Shown one piece after another: positions 9,747-18,670 of a stretch of DNA of 59,695 bases. Position numbers and translations under genes: made by a program. Numbering within the stretch: the stretch's first letter is position 1; every line of letters begins with the position of its first letter. The notes below the pieces were generated by a model, which was given only the letters and a program-made list of their open reading frames with translations, had not been told where the DNA came from and did no database searches. Origin of the DNA: a bacterium (GTDB lineage Bacteria > UBA6262 > WVXT01); the NCBI GenBank assembly GCA_035530055.1, contig DATKVN010000095.1, forward strand, positions 1-59,695, given 5' to 3'.

Positions 9747-10570
9747 AGATAGAGAATAGAAAGATTGGATTGATTGCTGGTAATGGGAATTTCCCTTTGA
9801 TTTTTGCACAAGAAGCGAAGAGAGTAGGAACAGAGGTGGTCGCTCTGGCAATAAAGAAAGAGACGAGTCCCAGCCTGGAAAATTTAGTAGATAGAATCCA
9901 CTGGGTCAATGTAGGACAATTGGGTGACCTGATTGAGATTTGTAAGAAAGAGGGGATAACCAGGGCAGTGATGGCCGGGCAGGTTAGACACACCCGCCTG
10001 TTCGGTCAGCTAAAGCTGGACGCAAGAGCTAGGGCTCTTTTGGCTGGAGTGAAGGATAAGAAGGCTAATTCTCTACTGGGAGCAGTGGCTGATGAGTTGT
10101 TGAGGGAGGGGATAGAACTAATAGATTCAGCTACCTATCTTTCCCACCTTTTGCCCTCTCCCGGTATTTTGACCCGCCGCAAACCTACTCAAAAGGAATG
10201 GCGAGATATCGAGTTTGGTCATAAGATGGCTAAAGAGATTGCTGGCCTGGACATCGGGCAGACAGTGGTGGTCAAGGACCAGGCCGTTTTAGCAGTGGAA
10301 GGAATGGATGGAACAGACAGCACCATAAAAAGGGGAGGGAAATTAGGCAAAGGAGATGTTGTGGTAGTGAAGGTAAGTAAACCCCAACAGGATAGGAGGT
10401 TTGACCTTCCCATTGTTGGTGAGAGGACAGTAGAAGTATTGAAACAGGCTAAAGCAAAAGTACTCGCTTTTAGTGCCCGCAGTACAATATTATTGGATAG
10501 GGAGAAAGTGGTTAAAAATGCCAACCAGAATGGTATTTCCCTGGTGGCAGTAAAAGAAGAAGAAAGTTAG
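9743..10570 (+). CDS. lpxI: UDP-2,3-diacylglucosamine diphosphatase LpxI (DUF1009 family)
   Basis: IGLIAGNGNFPLIFAQEAK N-terminus and DIGQTVVVKDQAVLAVEGMDGTD motif typical of LpxI. ATGA overlap with lpxA. No LpxH-like gene in the cluster. Confidence 0.8.
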   Translation: MKIENRKIGLIAGNGNFPLIFAQEAKRVGTEVVALAIKKETSPSLENLVDRIHWVNVGQLGDLIEICKKEGITRAVMAGQVRHTRLFGQLKLDARARALLAGVKDKKANSLLGAVADELLREGIELIDSATYLSHLLPSPGILTRRKPTQKEWRDIEFGHKMAKEIAGLDIGQTVVVKDQAVLAVEGMDGTDSTIKRGGKLGKGDVVVVKVSKPQQDRRFDLPIVGERTVEVLKQAKAKVLAFSARSTILLDREKVVKNANQNGISLVAVKEEES

Positions 10571-10578
10571 AAATCTAG

Positions 10579-10631
10579 GTAGTGTGGGGCTTTATGCCCG
10601 TAAGAATTACGCCCATAAAGGGATACACTAC
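10579..10631. repeat. Short form of the GTAGTGT...ACACTAC cruciform element
   Basis: GTAGTGTGG GGC-TTTAT-GCC CGTAA-GA-ATTACG CCC-ATAAA-GGG ATACACTAC. Same outer architecture as 52344-52452 but without the inner insert. Begins 9 nt after the lpxI stop. Confidence 0.85.
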
Positions 10632-10652
10632 GCACGAATTTTGGAGAGAGGA

Positions 10653-11588
10653 ATGGTTAGAGTTGGTGTGATTGGGGTTGGCCATATAGGTGCGCATCAT
10701 GCCCGGATTTATTCGCAAATCCCAGATGTAGAGTTGGCAGGAGTTGTAGATATTGAGCAGAAAAGAAGAGAGAAGCTCGCTCGAGAATATAATACAACTC
10801 CATATGCAAGTTATAGAGAGATTTTCAATAAGGTCGATGCAGTAAGTGTTGTGGTGCCTACCGATTTGCATTATCCTGTGGCAAAGGATTTTCTGGAAAG
10901 AGGCGTTCACTGTCTGGTAGAAAAGCCGATTACTCCCACTCTGGAAGAGGCTGAAGACCTGGTGAGTATAGCGCGCAAGAAGAATTTAATTTTACAGATA
11001 GGACACATTGAGCGGTTTAACAGCGCAATATTGGAGGCACAAAAATATATCAAGGAGCCAAAGTTTATCGAAGCTTACAGACTTGGACCTTACGACCCAC
11101 GCACTTCCAACATTGGAGTAGTGCTTGACTTGATGATTCACGATATCGACATTGTGCTCTATCTGGTACGCTCACCAGTGAGAAGTATCGATGCTATTGG
11201 CGGTAGTATCCTCTCTCAGAATGAAGATATTGCCAATGCCAGAATTAATTTTCAGAATGGCTGTGTAGCTAATATATCAGCAAGCCGGGTTTCCTTGGAA
11301 AAGTTTCGTAAGATTAGAATATTTCAAAAGGATGTCTATATTTCGTTAGATTATGCTAAGCAGAGTTTAAAAATTTATCAGAAAAAGGAAAAAGAAATTA
11401 AATCAATGAAGGATATGATGGTTTTGAGACCGCAACTGAAGAAGACAGACCCCTTGAGAGAAGAGTTGACACATTTTACTCAATGTGTGGAGAGAGGCAG
11501 GAAGCCCTTGGTTTCTGGCAAACATGGTCGGGACGCTCTGGAGATTGCTTTGGAAATTCTCAAGAAAATCAAGGAAAATTTGGGATAA
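10653..11588 (+). CDS. Gfo/Idh/MocA-family NAD-dependent oxidoreductase, GnnA-like by position (UDP-GlcNAc 3-oxidation)
   Basis: MVRVGVIGVGHIGAHHARIY Rossmann N-terminus and EKP motif (CLVEKPIT). Placed between lpxI and lpxB. ATG 10653 follows GGAGAGAGG. The tracked 23-codon extension translates the repeat. Confidence 0.7.
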   Translation: MVRVGVIGVGHIGAHHARIYSQIPDVELAGVVDIEQKRREKLAREYNTTPYASYREIFNKVDAVSVVVPTDLHYPVAKDFLERGVHCLVEKPITPTLEEAEDLVSIARKKNLILQIGHIERFNSAILEAQKYIKEPKFIEAYRLGPYDPRTSNIGVVLDLMIHDIDIVLYLVRSPVRSIDAIGGSILSQNEDIANARINFQNGCVANISASRVSLEKFRKIRIFQKDVYISLDYAKQSLKIYQKKEKEIKSMKDMMVLRPQLKKTDPLREELTHFTQCVERGRKPLVSGKHGRDALEIALEILKKIKENLG

Positions 11589-11591
11589 GCG

Positions 11592-12788
11592 ATGGTTAAG
11601 AAACTATTCATTGTAGCCGGTGACCCATCGGGAGATTTGCACGGCGCAAATTTAGTAACTGCGCTGAGAGAAATATCCTCCCAGATAGAGATAAATGGAT
11701 TGGGTGGTGAGAGGATGGAGAGGGCTGGAGTAAGGCTTCTGTATAGACTTACTGAATTGGCAATTGTGGGCTTTAGTGAAGCAATTAATAATATACTTGC
11801 TCTTCGTCAGATCTATAGAAAGACAGAAGAGTTCCTAAGAAAGGAGAAGCCGGATATAATTGTGTTGATCGATTATCCTGGTTTCAATCTAAGGTTGGCA
11901 GGTTTAGCTAAGAGACTGAAGATTCCTTTGATTTACTATATTGGTCCCCAAATCTGGGCCTGGAGACATGGGAGAATTAAGGGTATAGCGGAATTGGTAA
12001 ATAAGATGCTGGTGATATTTCCTTTCGAAGAAGAGACATACAGGAAGGCAGGAGTGGATGTTTCCTTTGTCGGTCATCCCCTGTTGGATACTATTCAGCC
12101 AACCAAGAGTAAAGAAGAAGTTTGTCGAAAGTATGGGCTGGACTCTAATTCCCCCATTATTGGGCTCATGCCCGGAAGCAGAAAACAGGAGATAGAGCGT
12201 CTTCTTTCAGTTATGTTAGAGGCTTCCCGAAGGATAGCTGAAAACAGGAAAGTGCAATTTGTCTTGCCCTTGGCGGGCAATATACCTATGAATTACATAA
12301 AAGAGCGCATAACAGAATTTGAAAAAAATAGACTTAACCGAACGAGGATTTCTAAAAGTCAAAAAGAAGAAAAACCTCCTCTTCCTATACTGGTAGTGCG
12401 GGATGAAGATTATAATATAAGGAGAACATTGACCTTGGCTCTGGTAGCTTCTGGAACAGCTACTTTAGAGAATGCCTGTCTGGGTATTCCCATGATTATA
12501 ATTTATAAAGTTTCACTTTTCAGTTATCTACTGGCGCGACTTCTAATAAGAATTCCCAGAATTGGTCTGGCCAATATTGTAGCGGGAAAAAGGGTGGTCC
12601 CCGAATTTATTCAGCAAAAAGCTCGGGCAAAAGATATTGCTAAGGTAGCCTGCCACTGGTTGAGTAATCCAGGCCTTATGCGAGAGACCAGAAAAGAACT
12701 TAAAAGGGTTAAAGAAAAGTTAGGAACTCCCGGAGCATCTAAGAGAGCGGCAAAAATTATTCTGGAGGAGGCCATAGCGAGCAACTAA
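11592..12788 (+). CDS. lpxB: Lipid-A-disaccharide synthase LpxB
   Basis: LFIVAGDPSGDLHGANL N-terminus and GT19-type motifs (YYIGPQIWAWR, SGTATLE). Confidence 0.9.
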   Translation: MVKKLFIVAGDPSGDLHGANLVTALREISSQIEINGLGGERMERAGVRLLYRLTELAIVGFSEAINNILALRQIYRKTEEFLRKEKPDIIVLIDYPGFNLRLAGLAKRLKIPLIYYIGPQIWAWRHGRIKGIAELVNKMLVIFPFEEETYRKAGVDVSFVGHPLLDTIQPTKSKEEVCRKYGLDSNSPIIGLMPGSRKQEIERLLSVMLEASRRIAENRKVQFVLPLAGNIPMNYIKERITEFEKNRLNRTRISKSQKEEKPPLPILVVRDEDYNIRRTLTLALVASGTATLENACLGIPMIIIYKVSLFSYLLARLLIRIPRIGLANIVAGKRVVPEFIQQKARAKDIAKVACHWLSNPGLMRETRKELKRVKEKLGTPGASKRAAKIILEEAIASN

Positions 12789-14542
12789 TGGACCTTTTAA
12801 AGAGACTATTTGCATATGTCAAACCCTACAGGATACGTTTCTTAGAAGCGATGGTCTGTATGGCCTTAGTTGCTGGGCTAACTTCACTTCTAATGTATTT
12901 GATAAAGCCGACATTCGATAAAATCTTTACTCAAAAGAATCCACAGATGATTCTTTATATTGTCTTGATTATTATTGGTTGTGCCCTGGCTAAAGGGATA
13001 TTTCAATACTACCAGTCTTATCTGATGGCTTATATCGGTCAGAGAACAATAATGGATATAAGGAACAAACTTTACAGCCACCTGCAAAGTCTGTCTTTGG
13101 ACTATTTCATTCGTCAGAGGACAGGCCAGATTATTTCTCGTTTAACTAATGATGTTATGTTGCTTCAAAGAGCAGTTGTTGGTGTTCCGGCAAATTTAAT
13201 TCGTGGAGGTTTGACTATCATAGGCTTGACTGCACTTCTTTTCTATTTGCATTGGCGGTGGGCAATCGTAATTATGATTGTTTTCCCTCTGGTTACCCTG
13301 CCCTTAAGGAAATTTGGGAAAAGATTGCGGAAGATAAGCAGAAAGAGCCAGGAGAAGATGGCTGACATCTATTCTTTACTGCAGGAAAAAATCCTGGGAA
13401 TGATGATGATTAAATCTTTCTGTATGGAGAAGGCAGAAGCGGAGAAGTTTGAACAGGAGAATAGAAATTTCTTTAAAATTATTATGAAAGCGATGCGGAT
13501 AGTAGCCATTCAATCGCCGGTTATGGAATTTATTGCCACTTTGGGGATGGTAAGCGTTTTAGCTATTGCTGCTTACGAGGTTATAAAGGGAAAAACTACT
13601 ATAGGAACTTTCTTCGCTTTTATTGGCGCTATCTCTACTATGTATAAACCGGTAAAGAATTTCGCCGGCCTCAATGAACAGATTCAACAAGCCTTAGCTG
13701 CCAGTGAAAGAATTTTCTACGTTTTAGATACAAAGTCTTTTGTGGTAGAGCTTCCCCATGCTAAAGTCCTTCCCCCCTTGAGAGAAAAGATAGTCTTGGA
13801 AAATGTTTCTTTCTCTTATCCCCAGGAGGGTTCTTCGAGGGAAAATGACCTTGTCCTGGAGAACGTTAATTTGGAAGTTTCCAAAGGAGAAATATTAGCT
13901 CTGGTTGGCCCTAGCGGAGGCGGAAAAACTACCATAGCCAATCTGATTCCTCGTTTCTACGACCCCACAAAGGGAAAGATTACAATCGATAGTCAAGATA
14001 TAAGAGAGGTAAGCCTGAAATCGTTGAGAGGGCAGATGGGCATTGTCACCCAGGAAACAATTCTGTTTAATGATACAGTCAGGAATAATATTGCCTATGG
14101 TGATCCACAAGCTTCCTTGGAGAGGATTGAGGCTTCAGCCCGCATTGCTAATGCCCATGAGTTCATAATGAAGCTTCCCCAGGGTTACGAAACGGTTATT
14201 GGCGAGAGAGGAGTGAAGTTATCCGGTGGACAAAAGCAGCGAATTACCATTGCCCGGGCTATCCTTAAAGACCCGGAAATCCTGATTTTTGATGAAGCAA
14301 CCTCTTCATTAGATTCAGAATCTGAACTTTTAGTTCAGGAAGCATTGGATCGCCTTATGAAGGATCACACCACCTTCGTAATAGCACATCGTCTATCAAC
14401 AATTCGGGAAGCAGATAGGATTATTGTGGTCGATCGCGGCAGAATTGTAGAAGTGGGAAGGCACCAAGAGTTGATGAACAGGAGTGGATTATATAGGAAG
14501 CTTTATGATCTGCAATTTAGAGAGGACTTTTCTCTTATATGA
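12788..14542 (+). CDS. msbA: ABC transporter permease/ATPase, MsbA-like lipid A/LPS-core flippase
   Basis: Six-TM exporter domain plus NBD (Walker A GPSGGGKTT, signature LSGGQKQR, Walker B ILIFDEATS). TAATG-coupled to lpxB. Confidence 0.75.
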   Translation: MDLLKRLFAYVKPYRIRFLEAMVCMALVAGLTSLLMYLIKPTFDKIFTQKNPQMILYIVLIIIGCALAKGIFQYYQSYLMAYIGQRTIMDIRNKLYSHLQSLSLDYFIRQRTGQIISRLTNDVMLLQRAVVGVPANLIRGGLTIIGLTALLFYLHWRWAIVIMIVFPLVTLPLRKFGKRLRKISRKSQEKMADIYSLLQEKILGMMMIKSFCMEKAEAEKFEQENRNFFKIIMKAMRIVAIQSPVMEFIATLGMVSVLAIAAYEVIKGKTTIGTFFAFIGAISTMYKPVKNFAGLNEQIQQALAASERIFYVLDTKSFVVELPHAKVLPPLREKIVLENVSFSYPQEGSSRENDLVLENVNLEVSKGEILALVGPSGGGKTTIANLIPRFYDPTKGKITIDSQDIREVSLKSLRGQMGIVTQETILFNDTVRNNIAYGDPQASLERIEASARIANAHEFIMKLPQGYETVIGERGVKLSGGQKQRITIARAILKDPEILIFDEATSSLDSESELLVQEALDRLMKDHTTFVIAHRLSTIREADRIIVVDRGRIVEVGRHQELMNRSGLYRKLYDLQFREDFSLI

Positions 14543-15897
14543 GGATTAAAATCTTTCTTTTTCTTATGGGCTTCCTTTTACTCAGTCACTCATCCCTTTT
14601 TGGCTACCCCGAGAGGGATGTTTATGTCATTCCCATTAGAGGAGTAATAGACTTAGGCCTTTCCAGTTTTGTCAGGCGAGTAGTTCAGGAAGCGAAGGAA
14701 AAAGAAGCTCAGTGTATTATCCTGGAACTGGAGACTTTCGGAGGCAGGGTAGACGCAGCTACCGAGATCAGGGATACTCTCTTCGAAAGTGATATAAACA
14801 CAATTGCTTTTGTTAACAGAAGAGCCATATCTGCTGGAGCTCTGATAAGCCTGGCTTGTCGGCATATTGTTATGGCCCCGGGCAGTACCATTGGAGCAGC
14901 CACTCCCGTGGTCATGGCTCCGGGAGCTACAAAGACCCAGCCTACCGACGAGAAAACAATTTCTTATGTGCGAAAAGAGTTTAAAGCTACGGCAGAAAGG
15001 AATAACCATCCTACAGCTTTGGCAGAAGCTATGGTCGACCCGGATGTGGAAATAAAAGGGGTAATTGAGAAAGGTAAGCTTCTGACTCTTACCACAGAGG
15101 AGGCCTGGAAACTTAAGTTAGCAGAGCATAAAGTCTCAAAAATTGAAGAAATTCTCACCCTTTACGGGGTAGAGGATGGAAAAGTGGTGAGGGCTTCGAT
15201 AACCTGGTCAGAGAAACTAGTAAGGTTTCTCACTCACCCCATGGTAAGTGGTCTTCTTCTTACTTTTGGGTTTTTAGGGATATTTTTTGAATTGAGGATA
15301 CCAGGCTGGGGAGTGAGTGGTACAATCGGGCTAGTCTGTTTGGCGCTCTTCTTTGGCGCCCAATATATGGTAGGCCTGGCCCAATGGATTGAGCCGGTTC
15401 TCTTTATTGTTGGGGGAGTTTTACTAGTTTTAGAATTACTTGTTATCCCTGGTTTCGGTATTGCAGGAGTATCAGGTGTCCTGCTTATTGTAGCCAGTCT
15501 CTTCCTCTCACTGGTTAAAGAGCCTTTGCCCAAGACACCTGTAGATATTTCTCGCCTCCTCCAGGCAACTTATGTGGTGGCTGCCTCCTTGATCGCTACT
15601 TTCCTGGTAGCCACTCTCAGTTTCGCATTTATGCCCAAAATTCCCCTTTTGAGTAAATTAATTTTGACTTCAGAAGAAAAGAGAGAAAAGGGATTCCGTT
15701 CTGCGCCAGTAGAGCTGGAAAAATTTATAGGAAAGCAAGGTATAACACTGACTATGCTCAGGCCTGTAGGTAAGGCTCAATTTGGAGATACAATTCTGGA
15801 TGTGGTGAGCGAAGGCGAACTTATAGAGAAGGGAAAACAAGTAAAAGTGATGAAGGTGGAAGGAAACAGGATAGTGGTTTCCGAAGTGGAGATATAA
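14539..15897 (+). CDS. Long NfeD-family membrane-bound ClpP-class serine protease with C-terminal OB-fold
   Basis: Signal peptide, ClpP-like domain (IILELETFGGRVDAA..., AISAGALISLAC), multi-TM block, C-terminal NfeD OB domain (GKAQFGDTILDVVSEGELIEKGKQVKVMKVEGNRIVV). Confidence 0.8.
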   Translation: MRIKIFLFLMGFLLLSHSSLFGYPERDVYVIPIRGVIDLGLSSFVRRVVQEAKEKEAQCIILELETFGGRVDAATEIRDTLFESDINTIAFVNRRAISAGALISLACRHIVMAPGSTIGAATPVVMAPGATKTQPTDEKTISYVRKEFKATAERNNHPTALAEAMVDPDVEIKGVIEKGKLLTLTTEEAWKLKLAEHKVSKIEEILTLYGVEDGKVVRASITWSEKLVRFLTHPMVSGLLLTFGFLGIFFELRIPGWGVSGTIGLVCLALFFGAQYMVGLAQWIEPVLFIVGGVLLVLELLVIPGFGIAGVSGVLLIVASLFLSLVKEPLPKTPVDISRLLQATYVVAASLIATFLVATLSFAFMPKIPLLSKLILTSEEKREKGFRSAPVELEKFIGKQGITLTMLRPVGKAQFGDTILDVVSEGELIEKGKQVKVMKVEGNRIVVSEVEI

Positions 15898-15905
15898 GAA
15901 AAGAA

Positions 15906-16388
15906 ATGAAGCTAAGCTTATCTCTATATCTGGCAGGTTTGGTTCTAATTTGTTTTGAAGTTTTTGTTCCTGGAGGGATTCTGGGAACGATTGGGTTCTT
16001 TTTAATCGTAGGCTCTATATGGATTGCTTTCGTTCAACTTGGTAGTGTTGGGGGCTCCTATTTCTTAGTTGGCGGTTTGGTGTTGGCTATGGTGAGCGTC
16101 TATTTAGTAATGAAGTTCGGGACTAAGACAAGATTGTCCAGGAAACTATTCCTTCAGTCGACAGAAAAAGGCTTCCGCTCTACTTCGAAAAATTTAGAAG
16201 ACCTAAAAGATAAAACTGGTATTTCGCTGACTATCTTGAGACCCTCTGGCAAGGCATTAATAGATGGTGGAAAGGTCAATGTGGTAAGTGAGGGAGTATT
16301 TCTACCCAAGGGTTGTAAGATAAAGGTGGTGATGGTGGAAGGGAATAGAGTTGTAGTCAGAAGAATAAACGAAGAAAAGGTAGTCTGA
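15906..16388 (+). CDS. Short NfeD-family protein (TM region plus OB-fold)
   Basis: Three TM helices, then GKALIDGGKVNVVSEGVFLPKGCKIKVVMVEGNRVVV. Paralogous to the C-terminus of the preceding gene. Confidence 0.75.
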   Translation: MKLSLSLYLAGLVLICFEVFVPGGILGTIGFFLIVGSIWIAFVQLGSVGGSYFLVGGLVLAMVSVYLVMKFGTKTRLSRKLFLQSTEKGFRSTSKNLEDLKDKTGISLTILRPSGKALIDGGKVNVVSEGVFLPKGCKIKVVMVEGNRVVVRRINEEKVV

Positions 16389-16449
16389 GTTTCAGAAATT
16401 AAAAGATAGTTTGTTCGTCGCCCGGGAATTTCTTGACGTGGAAAGGTCT

Positions 16450-16630
16450 GGAGTCCTCCCGAAAGAGGCTGTGTCATAATTAGATTTTTTGTTTGGTAGC
16501 CGCAACCTTTAGGTTGCGTTCTCGACGGAGAAATTACGCAGGCTGAAGCCTGCGACTACCCAAAACAGGGTTGCGACACAGCCTCGAAAGGGAGGGCTTA
16601 AAACGGAACCCTTGTTTTCGCAAGGACTCC
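16450..16630. repeat. GGAGTCC...GGACTCC element whose first hairpin is split and extended by an insertion
   Basis: GGAGTCC-TCCC-GAAAG-AGGCTGTGTC ... GACACAGCCT-CGAAAG-GGAG ... CCTTGT-TTTC-GCAAGG-ACTCC. AGGCTGTGTC/GACACAGCCT form a new 10-bp stem around the nested element. Confidence 0.8.
16495..16560. repeat. Nested Y-element, GGTAGC subfamily
   Basis: GGTAGC CGCAACC-TTTA-GGTTGCG (18 nt) CGCAGGC-TGAA-GCCTGCG ACTACC. Same outer-stem plus two-hairpin plan as the GGAGTAG elements. Confidence 0.8.
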
Positions 16631-16658
16631 ATATCACAAACTATCTTTTAAATAGATT

Positions 16659-16687
16659 TTGACAATTCTTGGTTTGGACGATAAAAA
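16659..16687 (+). promoter_or_regulatory. sigma70-like promoter candidate for floA
   Basis: TTGACA (16659-16664), 17-nt spacer, TAAAAA (16682-16687), about 25 nt upstream of the floA start. Confidence 0.4.
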
Positions 16688-16711
16688 CGAAAGGTTTATG
16701 GGAGGTGAGAA

Positions 16712-17704
16712 ATGGTACAGTTTTTAATTGGATTGGTAGTAATAGTCGGAGTTATTTTTGCCATAATGTTCCTCTACTTTCTGAACATTTGGGTCAGGGC
16801 TGTGGCATCGGGTGCCCACATTTCCATATTTAATCTTTTGGGAATGAAGCTGAGGGGCATTTCTCCAGCCCTGATAGTCAATGTAAAGATTATGGCAGTT
16901 AAGGCTGGCTTGCAGGTAGAGACCAGTGAACTGGAAGCCCATCATCTTGCCAGAGGAAATGTAATGCGAGTAGTTCAGGCACTAATTGCTGCTGATAAAG
17001 CCAATATACCATTGGACTTCAAACGTGGTGCAGCAATCGACCTTGCGGGAAGAGATATCTTAGAAGCAGTCCATATGAGTGTAATTCCCAAGGTAATCGA
17101 TGCTCCCGATCCCTCAAAAGGTAGGCCAACAGTAGATGCTGTAGCTATGGATGGTGTTCAGCTTTTGGCAAAGGCAAGAGTTACAGTGAGAACAAACTTA
17201 GAGAGATTAGTGGGAGGGGCAGGAGAAGATACGATTATCGCTCGAGTTGGTGAGGGCATTGTTACCACCATCGGTTCTGCGGAAACCCATAAGAAAGTTC
17301 TGGAGAATCCGGATTTGATATCTCAAAAGGTATTAGCAAAGGGGCTGGATGCAGGCACAGCATACGAAATTCTCTCCATAGATATTGCCGATGTGGATGT
17401 AGGCAAGAATATCGGAGCAGAGTTACAACAGAGACGGGCAGAGGCTGACCTGCAGATAGCCAAAGCCAAGGCTGAAGAGAGGAGAGCAATGGCGGTAGCT
17501 CGGGAGCAAGAGATGAAAGCCCTTGTCGAGGAGATGAGAGCAAAGGTTGTGGAAGCTGAAGCTGAAATTCCCAAAGCAATGGCTTACGCTTTCAGAGAAG
17601 GCCGCCTGGGAGTTATGGACTACTATAATTTTAAGAACATTCAGGCAGATACAAAAATGAGGGAGTCTCTGGCAGAAAGACCAGAAAAGAAAGAGAAGAA
17701 GTAG
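16712..17704 (+). CDS. floA: Flotillin-like protein FloA (UPF0365/YqfA family, SPFH domain)
   Basis: [16 protein letters not shown]...[21 protein letters not shown]...[14 protein letters not shown] matches my memory of Bacillus FloA. Strong GGAGGTGA RBS. Confidence 0.85.
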   Translation: MVQFLIGLVVIVGVIFAIMFLYFLNIWVRAVASGAHISIFNLLGMKLRGISPALIVNVKIMAVKAGLQVETSELEAHHLARGNVMRVVQALIAADKANIPLDFKRGAAIDLAGRDILEAVHMSVIPKVIDAPDPSKGRPTVDAVAMDGVQLLAKARVTVRTNLERLVGGAGEDTIIARVGEGIVTTIGSAETHKKVLENPDLISQKVLAKGLDAGTAYEILSIDIADVDVGKNIGAELQQRRAEADLQIAKAKAEERRAMAVAREQEMKALVEEMRAKVVEAEAEIPKAMAYAFREGRLGVMDYYNFKNIQADTKMRESLAERPEKKEKK

Positions 17705-18077
17705 GTATGCTCGGGATTTGGTTCGCTCGCTGACAATTTTTTGTAAGCATACCGATTAAGAATCGGGATGCGGATTAGGGGGTTTGGGGGAAATAATCTG
17801 ATTTCCCCCAAGGGGTGACAGTGAGCCCCGATGGAATCGGGGTGAACGCCAGAGGGGTGAAACCCCTATGGAAGTATTCCCGAAGGGAATATCTTCTTTG
17901 AGCACCGCCAAAAATCTCAGGAGTTTATCCCGTCTTCGCGGGACTAAACTCTGATCTTCGATTTTTGGCTAAAAATTCTAATGCTCGCTACACCAAATCC
18001 TCTCGCATTAGGGGCATAGGTCGTCTTCGTTTTTTGGCTGAAATTCCAATAATTCTTCACAAACTATCTTTTAAATA
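17704..18077. repeat. Array of at least 8 different hairpins, ending in a 21-nt copy of the 16634-16654 terminus
   Basis: GGTATGCT/AGCATACC; CCGATT-AAG-AATCGG; GGGGGAAAT/ATTTCCCCC; CCCCGAT-GGA-ATCGGGG; AGGGGT-GAA-ACCCCT; TATTCCC-GAA-GGGAATA. Long nested hairpin GCCAAAAAT...ATTTTTGGC (17907-17969). TCACAAACTATCTTTTAAATA at 18057-18077. Confidence 0.8.
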
Positions 18078-18111
18078 TCGATAAATAAGCAAAGCAAAAG
18101 ATGGAGTGGAT

Positions 18112-18567
18112 ATGGAAGGTATAGAAGTAATCTTCTGGGTAGTTTTAGCACTGGTATGGTTAATATCAGGCAGTTTATTAAGGAAGAGGTCTCGCAGGGA
18201 AAAAGAACGTCTCCAAGGGGAAAGGGAGGCTTATGCAGAGACTGAAGAGGAGACAGCGGGAATGTTTCCCGAAGAAGAGTTAAGTGAAGTTTTTAAGGTC
18301 TTGAGAGGTGAAGAAAAAGGTATTCCTGTTAGTGAACAGCCTCACATTATTCTCCCTCCAGTGGAAGAACCAGAAGTTACTGAGACTATGGGAGTAAAAA
18401 AATTGCCCGAAAGAGAAATTAAAGTGCCTCCTGTTCTCGAACCGAGTTCTGAAGTGGAAGAACTGGAAATCGAGTTAGAGGATTTAGAAACCCTGGGAAG
18501 GGGGATACTCATCTCTGAGATTCTCGGTCCTCCCAGGGCTAAAAAGCCATTCAGGAGAATTCGCTGA
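18112..18567 (+). CDS. Hypothetical single-pass membrane protein with an acidic Glu/Pro-rich tail
   Basis: N-terminal TM (VIFWVVLALVWLISGSLL) followed by RKRSRREKER. E/P-rich region. Basic C-terminus ILGPPRAKKPFRRIR. ATG 18112 is 5 nt after GGAG; GTG 18106 is an alternative start. Confidence 0.5.
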   Translation: MEGIEVIFWVVLALVWLISGSLLRKRSRREKERLQGEREAYAETEEETAGMFPEEELSEVFKVLRGEEKGIPVSEQPHIILPPVEEPEVTETMGVKKLPEREIKVPPVLEPSSEVEELEIELEDLETLGRGILISEILGPPRAKKPFRRIR

Positions 18568-18615
18568 AGATTATAATTTTCCCTGAATTGTTAGATGAAA
18601 AATAAGAGAGAACCA

Positions 18616-18670
18616 ACCCAAAAGGACAGGAGCAGGCTGAGAGTGTCAGTCATTATCTTTTTGGGTTTTT
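18616..18670 (+). terminator. Candidate intrinsic terminator
   Basis: ACCCAAAAG ... CTTTTTGGGT imperfect stem with inner GACA/TGTC pairing, followed by TTTT. Confidence 0.35.

Larger units (their letters stand above)
16399..16651. repeat. 253-bp composite hairpin element bounded by perfect 16-bp terminal inverted repeats (MITE-like)
   Basis: TTAAAAGATAGTTTGT (16399-16414) and ACAAACTATCTTTTAA (16636-16651) are exact reverse complements. The interior holds a GGAGTCC element with a second element nested inside it. Confidence 0.85.

Noticed and set aside
10584-10652. Upstream extensions of tracked ORFs (10584-10652; also 7520-7603, 57514-57585, 24144-24158, 43205-43222)
   Set aside because: The extensions either translate repeat elements or lack an SD. 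Internal ATGs with GGAGG-type SDs give canonical N-termini (MVRVGVIGVG, MDLQKTI, MAKKRIVLTF).
17704-18077. Possible CRISPR array, because of many short palindromic units in a row
   Set aside because: The units are all different sequences with irregular spacing. No direct repeat of constant length alternates with unique spacers, and no cas genes are present.
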